NCBI GenBank assembly: GCA_010356995.1
Contig: ML996709.1
Location: 324,606 to 349,038 of the forward strand
Source: Trichodelitschia bisporula
Taxonomy: Eukaryota
DNA: 24,433 nt
Direction: 5' to 3'
In this document: piece after piece, positions 10,773-21,678 of the stretch
How the letters are laid out: the number at the start of each line of letters is the position of its first letter
Position numbering within the stretch: the first letter of the stretch is position 1
Position numbers and translations under genes: made by a program
The notes under the pieces: generated by a model
Told to the model about the DNA's origin: nothing
Databases searched by the model: none
Seen by the model: the letters and a program-made list of their open reading frames with translations, nothing else

Positions 10773-11632
10773 GCGAAAGCGGTGATATGGGATGGTGATG
10801 GGAGGTAGGGTAGATGGAGAACAGCATGGCGAAGAAGGGTTCCAAATGCCTGATCCGAAAGAGATGTGTGAAGGCTGAGGTCAATGCAATAGGCGTCAGA
10901 AGCCGTCTACACGGGAGGGGGGCGGAGTCGTTGGAGTGTGTTAGACATGTGGGAGTGTGGTGCAGGAATCAACGAAGCCGCGATGTTCTCTCCAGCATTC
11001 CGCTCACGTGCTTCGCGCCCCACATTTCAGCTCATCAATGAGCAACGTTCAAGAGGCATTGCCGCCCGGCATGCGTGCTAGAACTAGTTTTGGTAGCATG
11101 ATATCGAAGCCCCCTACAGCCTTCATTACATCAGACGTCAGGAATCGCAGCGCGCCAACACGCGCTGATGCGCATGGGCGGTTCCTCATATAGGTAAACA
11201 GCAACTCGCCTGCATTTGACGCATTTCATCTCCGCTGCAGCGGTCGCGTCGCGTCCCTCGACAGCTTTCCCCATCGACATCCGACTTCAGCTTCTCCCGC
11301 ACAATATCTTTATCAGCCATGGCACTGCGGCGAAACTCCCATCTCCTGTGGACCTCCACCCGCCATCTGTATTCAGATTCACCGCAATATCGGTGGATTG
11401 CCGTTTCCTTGGCTCGATAGCACTCTCACCCGCGGCGTCACCATCGGTCAAATCCTGCAATATGCTGTCACAACCGAGCCCATCAGCATAATCCTCAGCA
11501 TGCCGAGACTCGCGCCGCAATATAGAAATCCACGTCGATTGACCATATGGCGTGCTCCACTGGATTTCTCCGTCCGCATATAAGTATGGCTCGCGCGATC
11601 AGGTGGACGCGTGAACCAACTGTCGTTTCACA

Positions 11633-13273
11633 ATGCTTTTCGCTGTTGCTTTCATCGCGTGTGCACTGGCCTCTGCCGCACCCGTCGAGGATGCCGAGGC
11701 AGCTTGGCCGCAGTCCGCTTTGCCATACTGGCGCAAGCCTTTCGTGAGCTCGGTGAGTGCGTCCCGCGAGGTCACGGCTCCGCTGACCGTCCAGTTTGCT
11801 CTGCAGGGACGCATCCGGACCAGTGCGCTTGTCGCTGGCGCGAAAACACTCGAGACCATTGCATACTCAACCCCAGCGCGCAATCGCCTCATGGGCACCA
11901 AAGGGCACAACGACACCGTCACCTACCTGTACAACCAGCTGACGGCCCTCAATTACTACAACGTGACGCTGCAGCCGTGGCAGGGGTTGATCCAGCTGAG
12001 CGGAACCGCCGCCCTCTTCGTTAACACATGGAACATCTCGACGATCGTGGCGCAGTTTTCACCAAGCGGCAACATCTCGGCGCCGCTCACGGCTGTCGCA
12101 AACTTGGGCTGCAATGCGGTACGTAGTGGATCGCACCCACGTGGCGACGCCGCTGACCGATAGACCGACTATCCGCCGGCAGTGCGCGGCAACATTGCCC
12201 TCGTTTCACGCGGCAGCTGTACCTTTGCTTCCAAATCGGCGCTCGCCGGCGCTGCCGGTGCCCAGGGAGCTGTGATATACAACAACATCCCGGGCGGCAT
12301 TCCAGGTATGACCTTGGGTACAGAGCCGTCGCCGTTTGGCCCGACCGTACCCACGCTTGGAATCTCGCGCGAGAATGGAACCGACCTCGTCAGCCGTCTG
12401 GCTTCCGGCCCGGTGGTCGGCAACCTGTACGTCAAGACCGACATTGCGAACGCCACAACCTACAACGTACTTGCCGAGACTGAGCATGGCGATGATGAGA
12501 ACGTACTGGTTCTTGGCGCCCACAGTGACTCCGTCGACGCCGGCCCTGGCATCAACGACAATGGCAGCGGCTCCATTGGAATTCTGGAGGTGGCAAAGCA
12601 GCTTGCGGCGTTTCGTGTACGCAACTCTGTACGCTTTGCGTGGTGGTCCGGCGAGGAGGAGGGCCTGCTCGGGTCGACGTACTACGTCGAGCATCTGTCT
12701 GAAGAGGAACGCGCCAAGATCCGATTGTACCTCAACTTTGACATGATTGCCAGCCCCAATTACATCTACGGCATCTTTGACGGCGACGGCAGCAGTTTCA
12801 ACCAATCGGGCCCGACCGGCTCCGCCGACATTCAGAGCTTTTTTCAGCGCTTCTTCAAGTGGCGGCGCCTCAACCACACCGCCATTCCCTTCAATGGTCG
12901 GTCCGACTACGCGCCCTTCACCGCGGCGGGTATCCCAGCGGGTGGTATTGAGACCGGCGCCGAGGAGATCAAAACACCGGCGCAGGCTGCGCAGTTCGGC
13001 GGGCAGGCCGGCATTGCACTCGACGCGAACTACCACGGCCCCGGAGACAATTTTACGAATCTGGCGTTGGTTCCGTTCACTGTTAACGCCCGCGCAATTG
13101 CCCACGGCGTAGCAACGTTTGCGCGCAGCTTTGCCGGTATCCACTTCAATACGACGGATGATGACGATGACGATGACGAGAAGCGCCGGCACGTACGACG
13201 TACGCCGGTCATCAACTACGGTGGGCGGATTGCGCGCGCGCGAGATGTACCGGCTCGACAGTATGTAGTGTAG
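11633..13273 (+). CDS. Secreted/vacuolar M28 aminopeptidase with PA domain (aminopeptidase Y/Lap2-like, ~531 aa); join(11633..12118,12164..13273)
   Basis: Signal peptide MLFAVAFIACALASA. PA domain GNIALVSRGSCTFASK...GAVIYNN. Zn-ligand motifs GAHSDSV, GINDNGSG, WWSGEEEGLLGS, LNFDMIASPNY and NYHGPGD. A 45-nt intron lies at 12119-12163 (GTACGT..GCTGAC..TAG). Confidence 0.93.
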
Positions 13274-13474
13274 AGTTCACGAGGAAGTCATGGATTTTTG
13301 ATGACCATGACCTGCAAATATTAATTCAGTCAGCGCTGGCTGATAGTGGTAGTGATTGAAGGCTGTAAATATTTTAACCGCCCGGATCTTCGTCCCAACG
13401 TGCTACTGCTGGGCTCATACTGGAGTATTTCTAGGTCGTCTACATAGTTCTACTCGTCCACGTCGCAATTGTCC

Positions 13475-13665
13475 TCATCGTCCGCACCGTCCGCGCTGTC
13501 GGCGTCGCCGGTATCGTTCCCATCTCCCGCATCGTTCGCGCGATCTCCATCGCCGGTATCGTTCGCGCTATCCGCGCCACCCGCATCGTCCCCATCGCCC
13601 GTATCGTCCCCATCGCCCGTATCGTCCCCATCGCCCGCAGTATGCACGCTGTCCCCATCGTCCGC
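13475..13665. repeat. Degenerate 9/18-bp periodic repeat with three near-perfect 18-bp units
   Basis: ATCGTCCCCATCGCCCG(T/C) at 13585, 13603 and 13621 within a longer CGC/ATC-rich periodic tract. The minus strand reads GDGDDT repeats. Confidence 0.75.
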
Positions 13666-14292
13666 ATTGTCAGCATAATGTATATATGTCACCGTGAACA
13701 ATCACGCATGCACGATCAAGATGTGGGTAAGACGTAGATTGTAAAGCTACGGAGCAAAGATGTCAGGGACTGCGGGTAAGTAGGCCTGGTGAGTGTGAGT
13801 GTGGCGGCTTGGCACAGCGCCAAGCGCCATACAAACCCGGTAATGGTGCGAGCCCATGGAGCAGCAGAAACCGGGTGTCATACCGTGACATCTCCTGGCG
13901 AGGTATATAGCCAGCTCACTTCCCACTGCTAGTCAATTAAGCAACTCAGTCATGTTCACACTTCGTTTTAGCATAATACGTAGGCGACATCCCACTACCA
14001 TCCCTTCCAAGGTTCCATAAGTTTTTACAGCTGCCACTAATGTACTCCGTACGTTAGGGGTCCAAGGACCCAGCCCGGAAAAGTAATGACACCCCCACGG
14101 CGTTTTGTGAGGCATGGCCAGTGAACCGGGAGAGGAATCATTACTTTTCTGGGTGGACTTTGAACCCCTAGCATATATTCGGCCTGGTACCGTAGTACTA
14201 CGTACCATGCTGACGTACGCAACGCATGTGGCTTCTGCAGTGCACTCTGTTTGATTTAGGACTCTTGAACCAACTGTCCCTGCGACCACAGG

Positions 14293-14300
14293 TATATAAA
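14293..14300 (+). promoter_or_regulatory. TATA box of small ORF 14388..14594
   Basis: TATATAAA about 95 bp upstream of an ATG, followed by a C/A-rich leader (CATCACAATCCATCAACCTCAAC...) typical of fungal 5' UTRs. Confidence 0.6.
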
Positions 14301-14387
14301 TGCTACGCCCCAGTCAAAGTCTACAGTCATTCATCACAGCCCATCACAATCCATCAACCTCAACTCGAATAATCACACCTCGAAAAA

Positions 14388-14594
14388 ATGGCAAAGGACA
14401 TGTCTGATTCCGCCTCCAGGTGGTCCATGGTGGCCTTAGACATGATCATCAAATATCTCAATTCCTCGAAAGAGAGGCAATCGCGCCTGACCCAATCGCG
14501 CCCGACCCCAAAAGCAGTCGACAGCGACGAGCTTCGCGCTGAAAGGCTGAAGGAGCAGGAGGAAATCTTCGAGTACCTTTGGACGAGGGGATAG
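14388..14594 (+). CDS. Small orphan protein (68 aa), no signal peptide
   Basis: ATG in AAAAATGG context downstream of a TATA box and a CA-rich leader. The sequence looks helical and charged. No family was recognised. Confidence 0.5.
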   Translation: MAKDMSDSASRWSMVALDMIIKYLNSSKERQSRLTQSRPTPKAVDSDELRAERLKEQEEIFEYLWTRG

Positions 14595-15675
14595 GTAGGA
14601 TGAGAACCCAATATGCTTTAGAATCACGACTATTTCGTGGTAGACTGGCTGATGTAAAGACGGGGCGTAAGGCACAAAGGCACCAAGCAAGTACTGTTAA
14701 GGCACTCATGAGTATGGAAGGCATCGTTTGTATTCTGGAAGGGACCCATCTGTGAGTTGGTCAGGGAGTGACGATCAACACTAGGCTTAGGGGCAGGTAT
14801 TGACCAGGACAGTGGAAGGCGATATGGGACTACTGTTTTGCATACTGCTGAGGGCCCCGCGACGCTGCTGTCTTCTTTGCCCTTTTCCAACCTTTTGAAA
14901 AGCTTACTTGCGCTTTGCCTATGACTGAGCGTTGCCTGCATCACCTACCCTCCATCAATGCTTTCGCCCACTCAAGCCGCCATCAACAGTTGCAGGTTCC
15001 AGCATTGGGTCCTAAACTCCAGCGGACCGCGAACCATCCTCCAAATGCCGAGGCATTCAAGCTATGCACAGCTAGCCTCAAACAAGGAAAGCACCGGACG
15101 GGTTCGTAGGTGCTTAGATCTACTCAGCGTCGTCTAACAATGCTGATCGCTGGTGGTGTCCAGTCTGGAGTGGTGGGGCAGATGAAAGTGGGGCTCGCGC
15201 AAGCGCAGGCGCAAGCGCGACCCGTCAAACCCCTGCATACCGATCCCATCCTACTCAGTTTTGACATCAAGCCTTCAACTGCTAACCTCAGTTTTCAGAG
15301 CGATATGATGCTCCACGTTTACACTCATTTTTGCTTGCCATGTTAGTACCCTCCCTCCGCTTCTCGCCCAGCGAGTTCCCACTGGTCCTCCTCCTGGGTT
15401 TGGGGGACAGCGTGTCCCTCGAGATAGGCCGTAGGTGGTCAGGCTGCGCCCCCCGGTGCTGGTACCAACTGCAGCTGTTACTGGACAGACCGAGAATATC
15501 TTGACGCTGTTGCCACAGCGCCCACACGGGACGGAGAGCGCCGAGCCCCCCTGCACTGAGTAATCCCACAGCTGAGGGCGAGTCACTCGCGGACCTGGTT
15601 CATTTTCCAACAGCTTTTCGCCTCTCCAGCATCTCGAAACTGAGCAACGAAGCGTCTTGACAGCTCTGAACCATC

Positions 15676-18600
15676 ATGGTACGTATTCCCCTTCGCTACG
15701 ACTGCCCTTGCTCCTTAAGGCCAATGTATGCCGTTTTCACTCCCATTTGTGGTGCAGTTGTATTCACTGTATCTGAGCTCTTTCCACCATTGCTTTTGGT
15801 CCTTACTAACTGTGCTCAAGAGAAAATTTCGGAACATACTAAAGCCTAAAGCTGGCAAGAAACGCGATCAAGCCAGTGACGGGACCGAGTCTGGCGCAGC
15901 TGATAATCATGTTGTACTCCGTCCCTCCGTCGGCCAGCCCTCCACCGAACCCAGCGAGCAGCGCCTGCCACCGCCATCTTCGAGTCTCGGCACCGTAAGC
16001 CGTGAGGCCGCAGATCCCGAACCGCTACCATGTTTGCTGGATCTGACCCTCATCGCGCGGCCAAGTGGTACTCCCGCTGTGGATATCATATTCGTCCACG
16101 GACTCGGTGGATCAAGCCATGCAACCTGGGCCAAAGAGCGCAAACCGGAACTCTTCTGGCCAGGTAAATGGCTTCCATATGAGTCGGGTATGGAAAAGGC
16201 TAGGATTTTTACCTACGGATACAACGCGAATTGGTCGTCGACCGAATCCAACGTCCTGAACATTGGGGATTTCGCCATGGACTTATTAGGCCTGATGGAG
16301 TTTATGCGAGATCCTGTAACGCGCGAAAGCCTCAAAATTGGGACTGTTCCTATCATGTTTGTCGCCCACTCGATGGGAGGGTTGGTTGTGAAGAGGGCGT
16401 ATCTCAATGCCCTGAACAACCCAAGATTCCGCCAAATCGGTACCGCTGTCAGGTCCATGATTTTTCTGTCGACCCCTCATACCGGTGCTGACTCGGCCTC
16501 ATCGCTCAAAAACCTCATGTCAGTGTCTTTCTTCATCTCAGAGAAGCAGTTTGTCAACAGCCTGCAACGAAACTCGGAGACCTTGGAAACCATCAACCAA
16601 GATTTCCGCCACTTTACGCACAAGCTTTTTATTGCATCTTTCTACGAGACTCGGGAGACGCCCATTTTTCCTCACCTCGGCCACATAAATCCGACCAAGG
16701 TTCGGGTTGTGGAGAAAGATTCCAGTAGGCTTATGTGGCCCGGAGTAGTCCACATGTCATTGGATGCCGACCACCATGGTGTCTGCAAATACACCAGCAG
16801 GCAAGATCCCAATTACGGGAAGGTCCTAAACATGATCCTCGAGGCAGTACAGGCCAATGACGTAAGCCCCTAAATTCGTTGCAACGTCGAATACTTACTT
16901 GGCCCGGTTGCTTGAAAATGGTCTTCGGCAGTCGGACGAGCCTCGACTAGCCATTTATGGCTCATCCAAAGGTACCCATTGCGTCTATGTTACTTTGCAG
17001 CCTGACTAACGCCTAAGATTGTGCCCCCAAAGTTACCCATCACATTCCCTTTCCGTCAAACGACGGCTTCGTCGGGAGGAGCGCCGAGCTCGCGCAGGTT
17101 CAAGACCTCTTCGCAGACAAAACCAACCGAATGTTGGCAATTCACGGCCTCGGCGGCACTGGGAAGACGCAAATCGCCTTGCAGTTCGCTTACTGGGTGA
17201 AAAAGAATCATCCTCAGTGCTCTGTATTTTGGGTTTCCGCTGTGAGCGCGGCAACCTTTACTCAAGACTGCTCCCGTATCGCAAGGGAGTTGTCGATCCC
17301 TTCAGAGAACGAAAAGGACAAGGACGTGAAGGAGTTGGTGAAGGAGTACCTAAGTGGCGAAATGGCAGGGCCCTGGCTTTTGATTGTTGATAACGTCGAC
17401 GACGCGAATATCTTTTCTCTATCCGCCGATCCGTCCATGCATATTGCCTATTTTCTTCCGAAAAGCGCGAACGGCTTTATCCTTTGCACAACACGTCTAA
17501 GGCAAATTGCAGAGGACCTGGGGCGTGAGAGAACCATTCCACTGGGTGAAATGAGCAAGAGAGACTCGCTTGACTTTTTGGCAAATTCCTTGCTTGACAA
17601 AGCCTTGCTTTCCAACCCTTTGATCACGGACGAGCTCTTGACTGAACTGGCATTCCTCCCTTTGGCGATCGCACAAGCAGCAGCCTACCTCAACAGAAAC
17701 AAGCTGCCCATTTCCGAATATTTGGATCTCCTGAGGAATACCCACGAAGACATGTCCGAGCTTATGAGCGCCGAGTTCACCGACCTTACACGACCCCAGA
17801 GCACTTCGAACGCCATTGCAAACACATGGATACTGTCGTTCGAAAAAATTCGTCAGACGGATCAAACTGCCGCCGATCTCCTCGCCTTCGTGTCTTACGT
17901 CGAGCCAAAGGCGATTCCTAGGTCGATCCTGCCTCCAGTGCCGACGAAAACACGCTTGGTGAGCGCCATTGGTACCCTTCTTGGATACGCTTTCTTCACC
18001 AAACGGGACGATAACATGTACGACATGCACAGACTCGTGCAAAAGGCAACCAAGATTTGGCTTGACAAGCATCCCNNNNNNNNNNNNNNNNNNNNNNNNN
18101 NNNNNNNNNNNNNNNNNNNNNNNNNNNNNNNNNNNNNNNNNNNNNNNNNNNNNNNNNNNNNNNNNNNNNNNNNNNNNNNNNNNNNNNNNNNNNNNNNNNN
18201 NNNNNNNNNNNNNNNNNNNNNNNNNNNNNNNNNNNNNNNNNNNNNNNNNNNNNNNNNNNNNNNNNNNNNNNNNNNNNNNNNNNNNNNNNNNNNNNNNNNN
18301 NNNNNNNNNNNNNNNNNNNNNNNNNNNNNNNNNNNNNNNNNNNNNNNNNNNNNNNNNNNNNNNNNNNNNNNNNNNNNNNNNNNNNNNNNNNNNNNNNNNN
18401 NNNNNNNNNNNNNNNNNNNNNNNNNNNNNNNNNNNNNNNNNNNNNNNNNNNNNNNNNNNNNNNNNNNNNNNNNNNNNNNNNNNNNNNNNNNNNNNNNNNN
18501 NNNNNNNNNNNNNNNNNNNNNNNNNNNNNNNNNNNNNNNNNNNNNNNNNNNNNNNNNNNNNNNNNNNNNNNNNNNNNNNNNNNNNNNNNNNNNNNNNNNN

Positions 18601-19430
18601 NNNNNNNNNNNNNNNNNNNNNNNNNNNNNNNNNNNNNNNNNNNNNNNNNNNNNNNNNNNNNNNNNNNNNNNNNNNNNNNNNNNNNNNNNNNNNNNNNNNN
18701 NNNNNNNNNNNNNNNNNNNNNNNNNNNNNNNNNNNNNNNNNNNNNNNNNNNNNNNNNNNNNNNNNNNNNNNNNNNNNNNNNNNNNNNNNNNNNNNNNNNN
18801 NNNNNNNNNNNNNNNNNNNNNNNNNNTGCAATCCGATCGCAAGTGCTACGGGAAGATCATTCACACCGTCTATCATCGCAGCACGAACTCGCGCGCGCAT
18901 ACCTTGAAGACGGGCGAATAGGCGAGGCGATCGAGGTTTTCGAGCGCGTCGTTGCAATCGAATCGAAAGTGCTACGGGAAGATGATCCAAGCCGTCTAGC
19001 ATCGCAGCACGAACTTGCGAGCGCATACCTTGACGACGGGCGAATAGGCGAGGCGATCGAGCTATTCGAGCGCATCGTTGCAATCCGATCGAAAGTGCTA
19101 CGGGAAGACCATTCAGACCGTCTAACATCGCAGCACGCACTTGCGAGCGCATACCTTGCAGACGGGCGAATAGGCGAGGCGATCAAGCTTTTCGCGCAAG
19201 TCGTTGCAATCGAATCGAAAGTGCTACGGGAAGATGATCCAAGCCGTCTATTATCGCAGCACGTACTCGCCACTGCATACTTCAAGGACGGCCGGGTTGA
19301 TGAAGCGATCGAATTGATGGACCACGTTGTCTCGATACGACGAACGTCCCTTCCAAGCGGTCACCATGATCGAGAGCGGTCAGAAGCGTGGCTCGCCCAT
19401 ATGCGCTCAGGAGCCGGCATCACTACATAG
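15676..19430 (+). CDS. Fungal NLR (STAND): SesB-like alpha/beta hydrolase, NB-ARC, TPR repeats; join(15676..15678,15821..16861,16932..16971,17018..gap..19430)
   Basis: Hydrolase motifs IIFVHGLGG, IFTYGYNA, FVAHSMGGLVVK, FLSTPHTG and DADHHGVCKY. NB-ARC motifs FVGR, P-loop GLGGTGKTQIA, Walker B WLLIVDNVDD, LCTTR, FLPLAIAQAAAY and YDMHRLVQ. TPRs follow the gap. Introns 15679-15820, 16862-16931 and 16972-17017 join the domains in frame through a 40-nt exon. Continuity across the 751-N gap is assumed. Confidence 0.85.
18827..19345 (+). repeat. 126-bp (42-aa) TPR-coding tandem repeats with high internal conservation, about 4 copies visible
   Basis: Units begin TGCAATC at 18827, 18953, 19079 and 19205. 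Consensus LREDxxxRLxSQHxLAxAYLxDGRIGEAIxxFxxVVAIxSKV. Confidence 0.93.
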
Positions 19431-19580
19431 CCTCCATGGTACGTAGCTACTCCGCAACGCTACACCATCAGCTAATCCGCAGCAGACACGATGAGATGTC
19501 GTCTTCGTTCTCGTCCCTGATCACGTTCTCGCCGTCGCCGTCGCCGTCGCCGTCTCCCGCGTCCCCGCCCTCTCCGCCCC

Positions 19581-19650
19581 CTCTCCGCCTTGACAAAGGT
19601 ACATTCCCCCTCTCCGCCTTGATGAAGGTACATTCCCCATCCCCTCTCCG
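19581..19650. repeat. 29-bp tandem repeat running into the second assembly gap
   Basis: CTCTCCGCCTTGA(CA/TG)AAGGTACATTCCCC at 19581 and 19610, with a third copy starting at the gap edge. Preceded by a (TCGCCG)n microsatellite. Confidence 0.7.
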
Positions 19651-20341
19651 NNNNNNNNNNNNNNNNNNNNNNNNNNNNNNNNNNNNNNNNNNNNNNNNNN
19701 NNNNNNNNNNNNNNNNNNNNNNNNNNNNNNNNNNNNNNNNNNNNNNNNNNNNNNNNNNNNNNNNNNNNNNNNNNNNNNNNNNNNNNNNNNNNNNNNNNNN
19801 NNNNNNNNNNNNNNNNNNNNNNNNNNNNNNNNNNNNNNNNNNNNNNNNNNNNNNNNNNNNNNNNNNNNNNNNNNNNNNNNNNNNNNNNNNNNNNNNNNNN
19901 NNNNNNNNNNNNNNNNNNNNNNNNNNNNNNNNNNNNNNNNNNNNNNNNNNNNNNNNNNNNNNNNNNNNNNNNNNNNNNNNNNNNNNNNNNNNNNNNNNNN
20001 NNNNNNNNNNNNNNNNNNNNNNNNNNNNNNNNNNNNNNNNNNNNNNNNNNNNNNNNNNNNNNNNNNNNNNNNNNNNNNNNNNNNNNNNNNNNNNNNNNNN
20101 NNNNNNNNNNNNNNNNNNNNNNNNNNNNNNNNNNNNNNNNNNNNNNNNNNNNNNNNNNNNNNNNNNNNNNNNNNNNNNNNNNNNNNNNNNNNNNNNNNNN
20201 NNNNNNNNNNNNNNNNNNNNNNNNNNNNNNNNNNNNNNNNNNNNNNNNNNNNNNNNNNNNNNNNNNNNNNNNNNNNNNNNNNNNNNNNNNNNNNNNNNNN
20301 NNNNNCGTATACATCACCACACAAGCCAGCGCAACGAACGC

Positions 20342-21678
20342 TCATTTTAACTCTCCAAGTCCCGCTACCTCCTCCCCCAAATCCGGAAAAAGCTTTCTCC
20401 TCATCCATCTCCTCCTCCCCCGCTCCTCCTCCCACCCCACCTGCTGCCCCCCCCGCATCCGGCGCACTCTGCGCATGATCACAACCAAAAAAAAGTCTCC
20501 TTGCAATAAACCACATTCTCCCCATACACCCACTCCCCACCCCCCCCAGAATGCCCATCCTCCGCAAGATCTCTAACACCTACATTCTCTCGCTACGGCT
20601 GCAGCATGGAGGGCTGAACCGTCGTTTCATCAGCCAGCAGGTAATCGCACCACTCCGCCTCTAGCGTGCCGGCGAAGCCCATGAAGGACATTTGAGTCGG
20701 CGCCGGGCGCGCCGCGAAGACTTCGTTGCGCGCGCCCCGCCTGTATCCGTTTGGGTTGACGAGGATGTGGATACCGTCGGCCACGATTTGCGCGACGAGC
20801 TGCTCGACGGGCCAGAGCGTCGCGTCGCGGAATACGGGCGCCTCGCGCTCGATTCCGCGCGCGGTGCACGGAGCCGTCGCTCGCGGTTGTCGCATAGCAG
20901 AACGCGCGTACGCGGGTCGGGTCGTGCAGGCCGAAGTCAGATTGCATGAGGTGCGCTAACGGGTGGTTATTAAAATCGCTGCTCATGTAGCCGACGTTGA
21001 GGTGTGGGGCGCGGGGCGGGGGGCGGGGGCGGGCGGTGCACGGTCGGTGGGAGCCAGAGGGATTTGAGCGCGGAGGTTGAGATGCGCAGACCGTTGCGCT
21101 GCCAGAAAGACCGGAATTGCGCTGTGAGATAGACCGGACTTGCGCGGCGGACATTGGGGCGGTGAAGGTGTGGAACGGCAGCACGGTAGGCGCGGGCGGA
21201 GCGGCGAGGCTAGCCGGCAGTTGGGGGCGCGTGTACGCAGACAGCGGGCGCTGACGGGGCCGCACGTACAAGTCCTGATACCACTGCCAGACGAGGCGCT
21301 TAACGATGCGCTCCACCAGCCTTACCACGCGCGCGCCCTCCCACTTGCGCCCCGCCTAGGTGCGCAGCATATCAACCACGAACTTCTCCAGGCCCTTCCT
21401 CTCGCCGTCCTCAGCGATAACGGGTAGCGTGCGCGCGATCTGCTCCACCAGCGCGGAGTTGATGCATTCGATCCCCCACTCCTCGCCGTCGGCCAGCTGC
21501 TTCCGGACGAGGTCGACGACGCGCTTGATCCACCCGCTGCTCTGCGCGCCGGGCTGCAGGCTGTCAACTAGTCCGCTGGCTTCGTCGACGTGCCAGCGGT
21601 CGCGCTTGCCGTCGGGGGTTGCGATGCCGCCTCTGCCCTTCCAGTTACACACGCTGTTACGCGCGTTGGCGAGCCCGC
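20342..21678 (-). pseudogene. ogt: Decayed fragment of UDP-GlcNAc:protein O-GlcNAc transferase (GT41) catalytic region
   Basis: Motifs GLANA.NSVCNWKGRGG, PTVLPFHTFT, VGYMSSDFNNHPLAHLMQS, DGIHILVN.NGY.RGARNEVFAARPAP.QMSFMGFAGTL.AEWCDYLLAD, WVYGENVVY.KETFF..DHAQSAPD and MRRKLFPDL. In-frame TAG stops occur at ~21356 and ~20593, plus several frameshifts. The 5' end is cut exactly by the LTR at 21679. Confidence 0.88.

Noticed and set aside
15728..15820. Hydrophobic N-terminus MPFSLPFVVQLY... suggesting a signal peptide on the hydrolase
   Set aside because: It lies in a predicted intron (15679-15820, with ACTAAC branch site and pyrimidine tract). The ATG at 15676 fits better.
14388..15900. Amyloid signalling motif (HET-s, sigma or PP type) linking the small ORF and the NLR
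   Set aside because: No N/Q/G-rich pseudo-repeat is visible in either product.
17497..20579. Long ORFs spanning the N runs
   Set aside because: Artefacts of translating assembly gaps.
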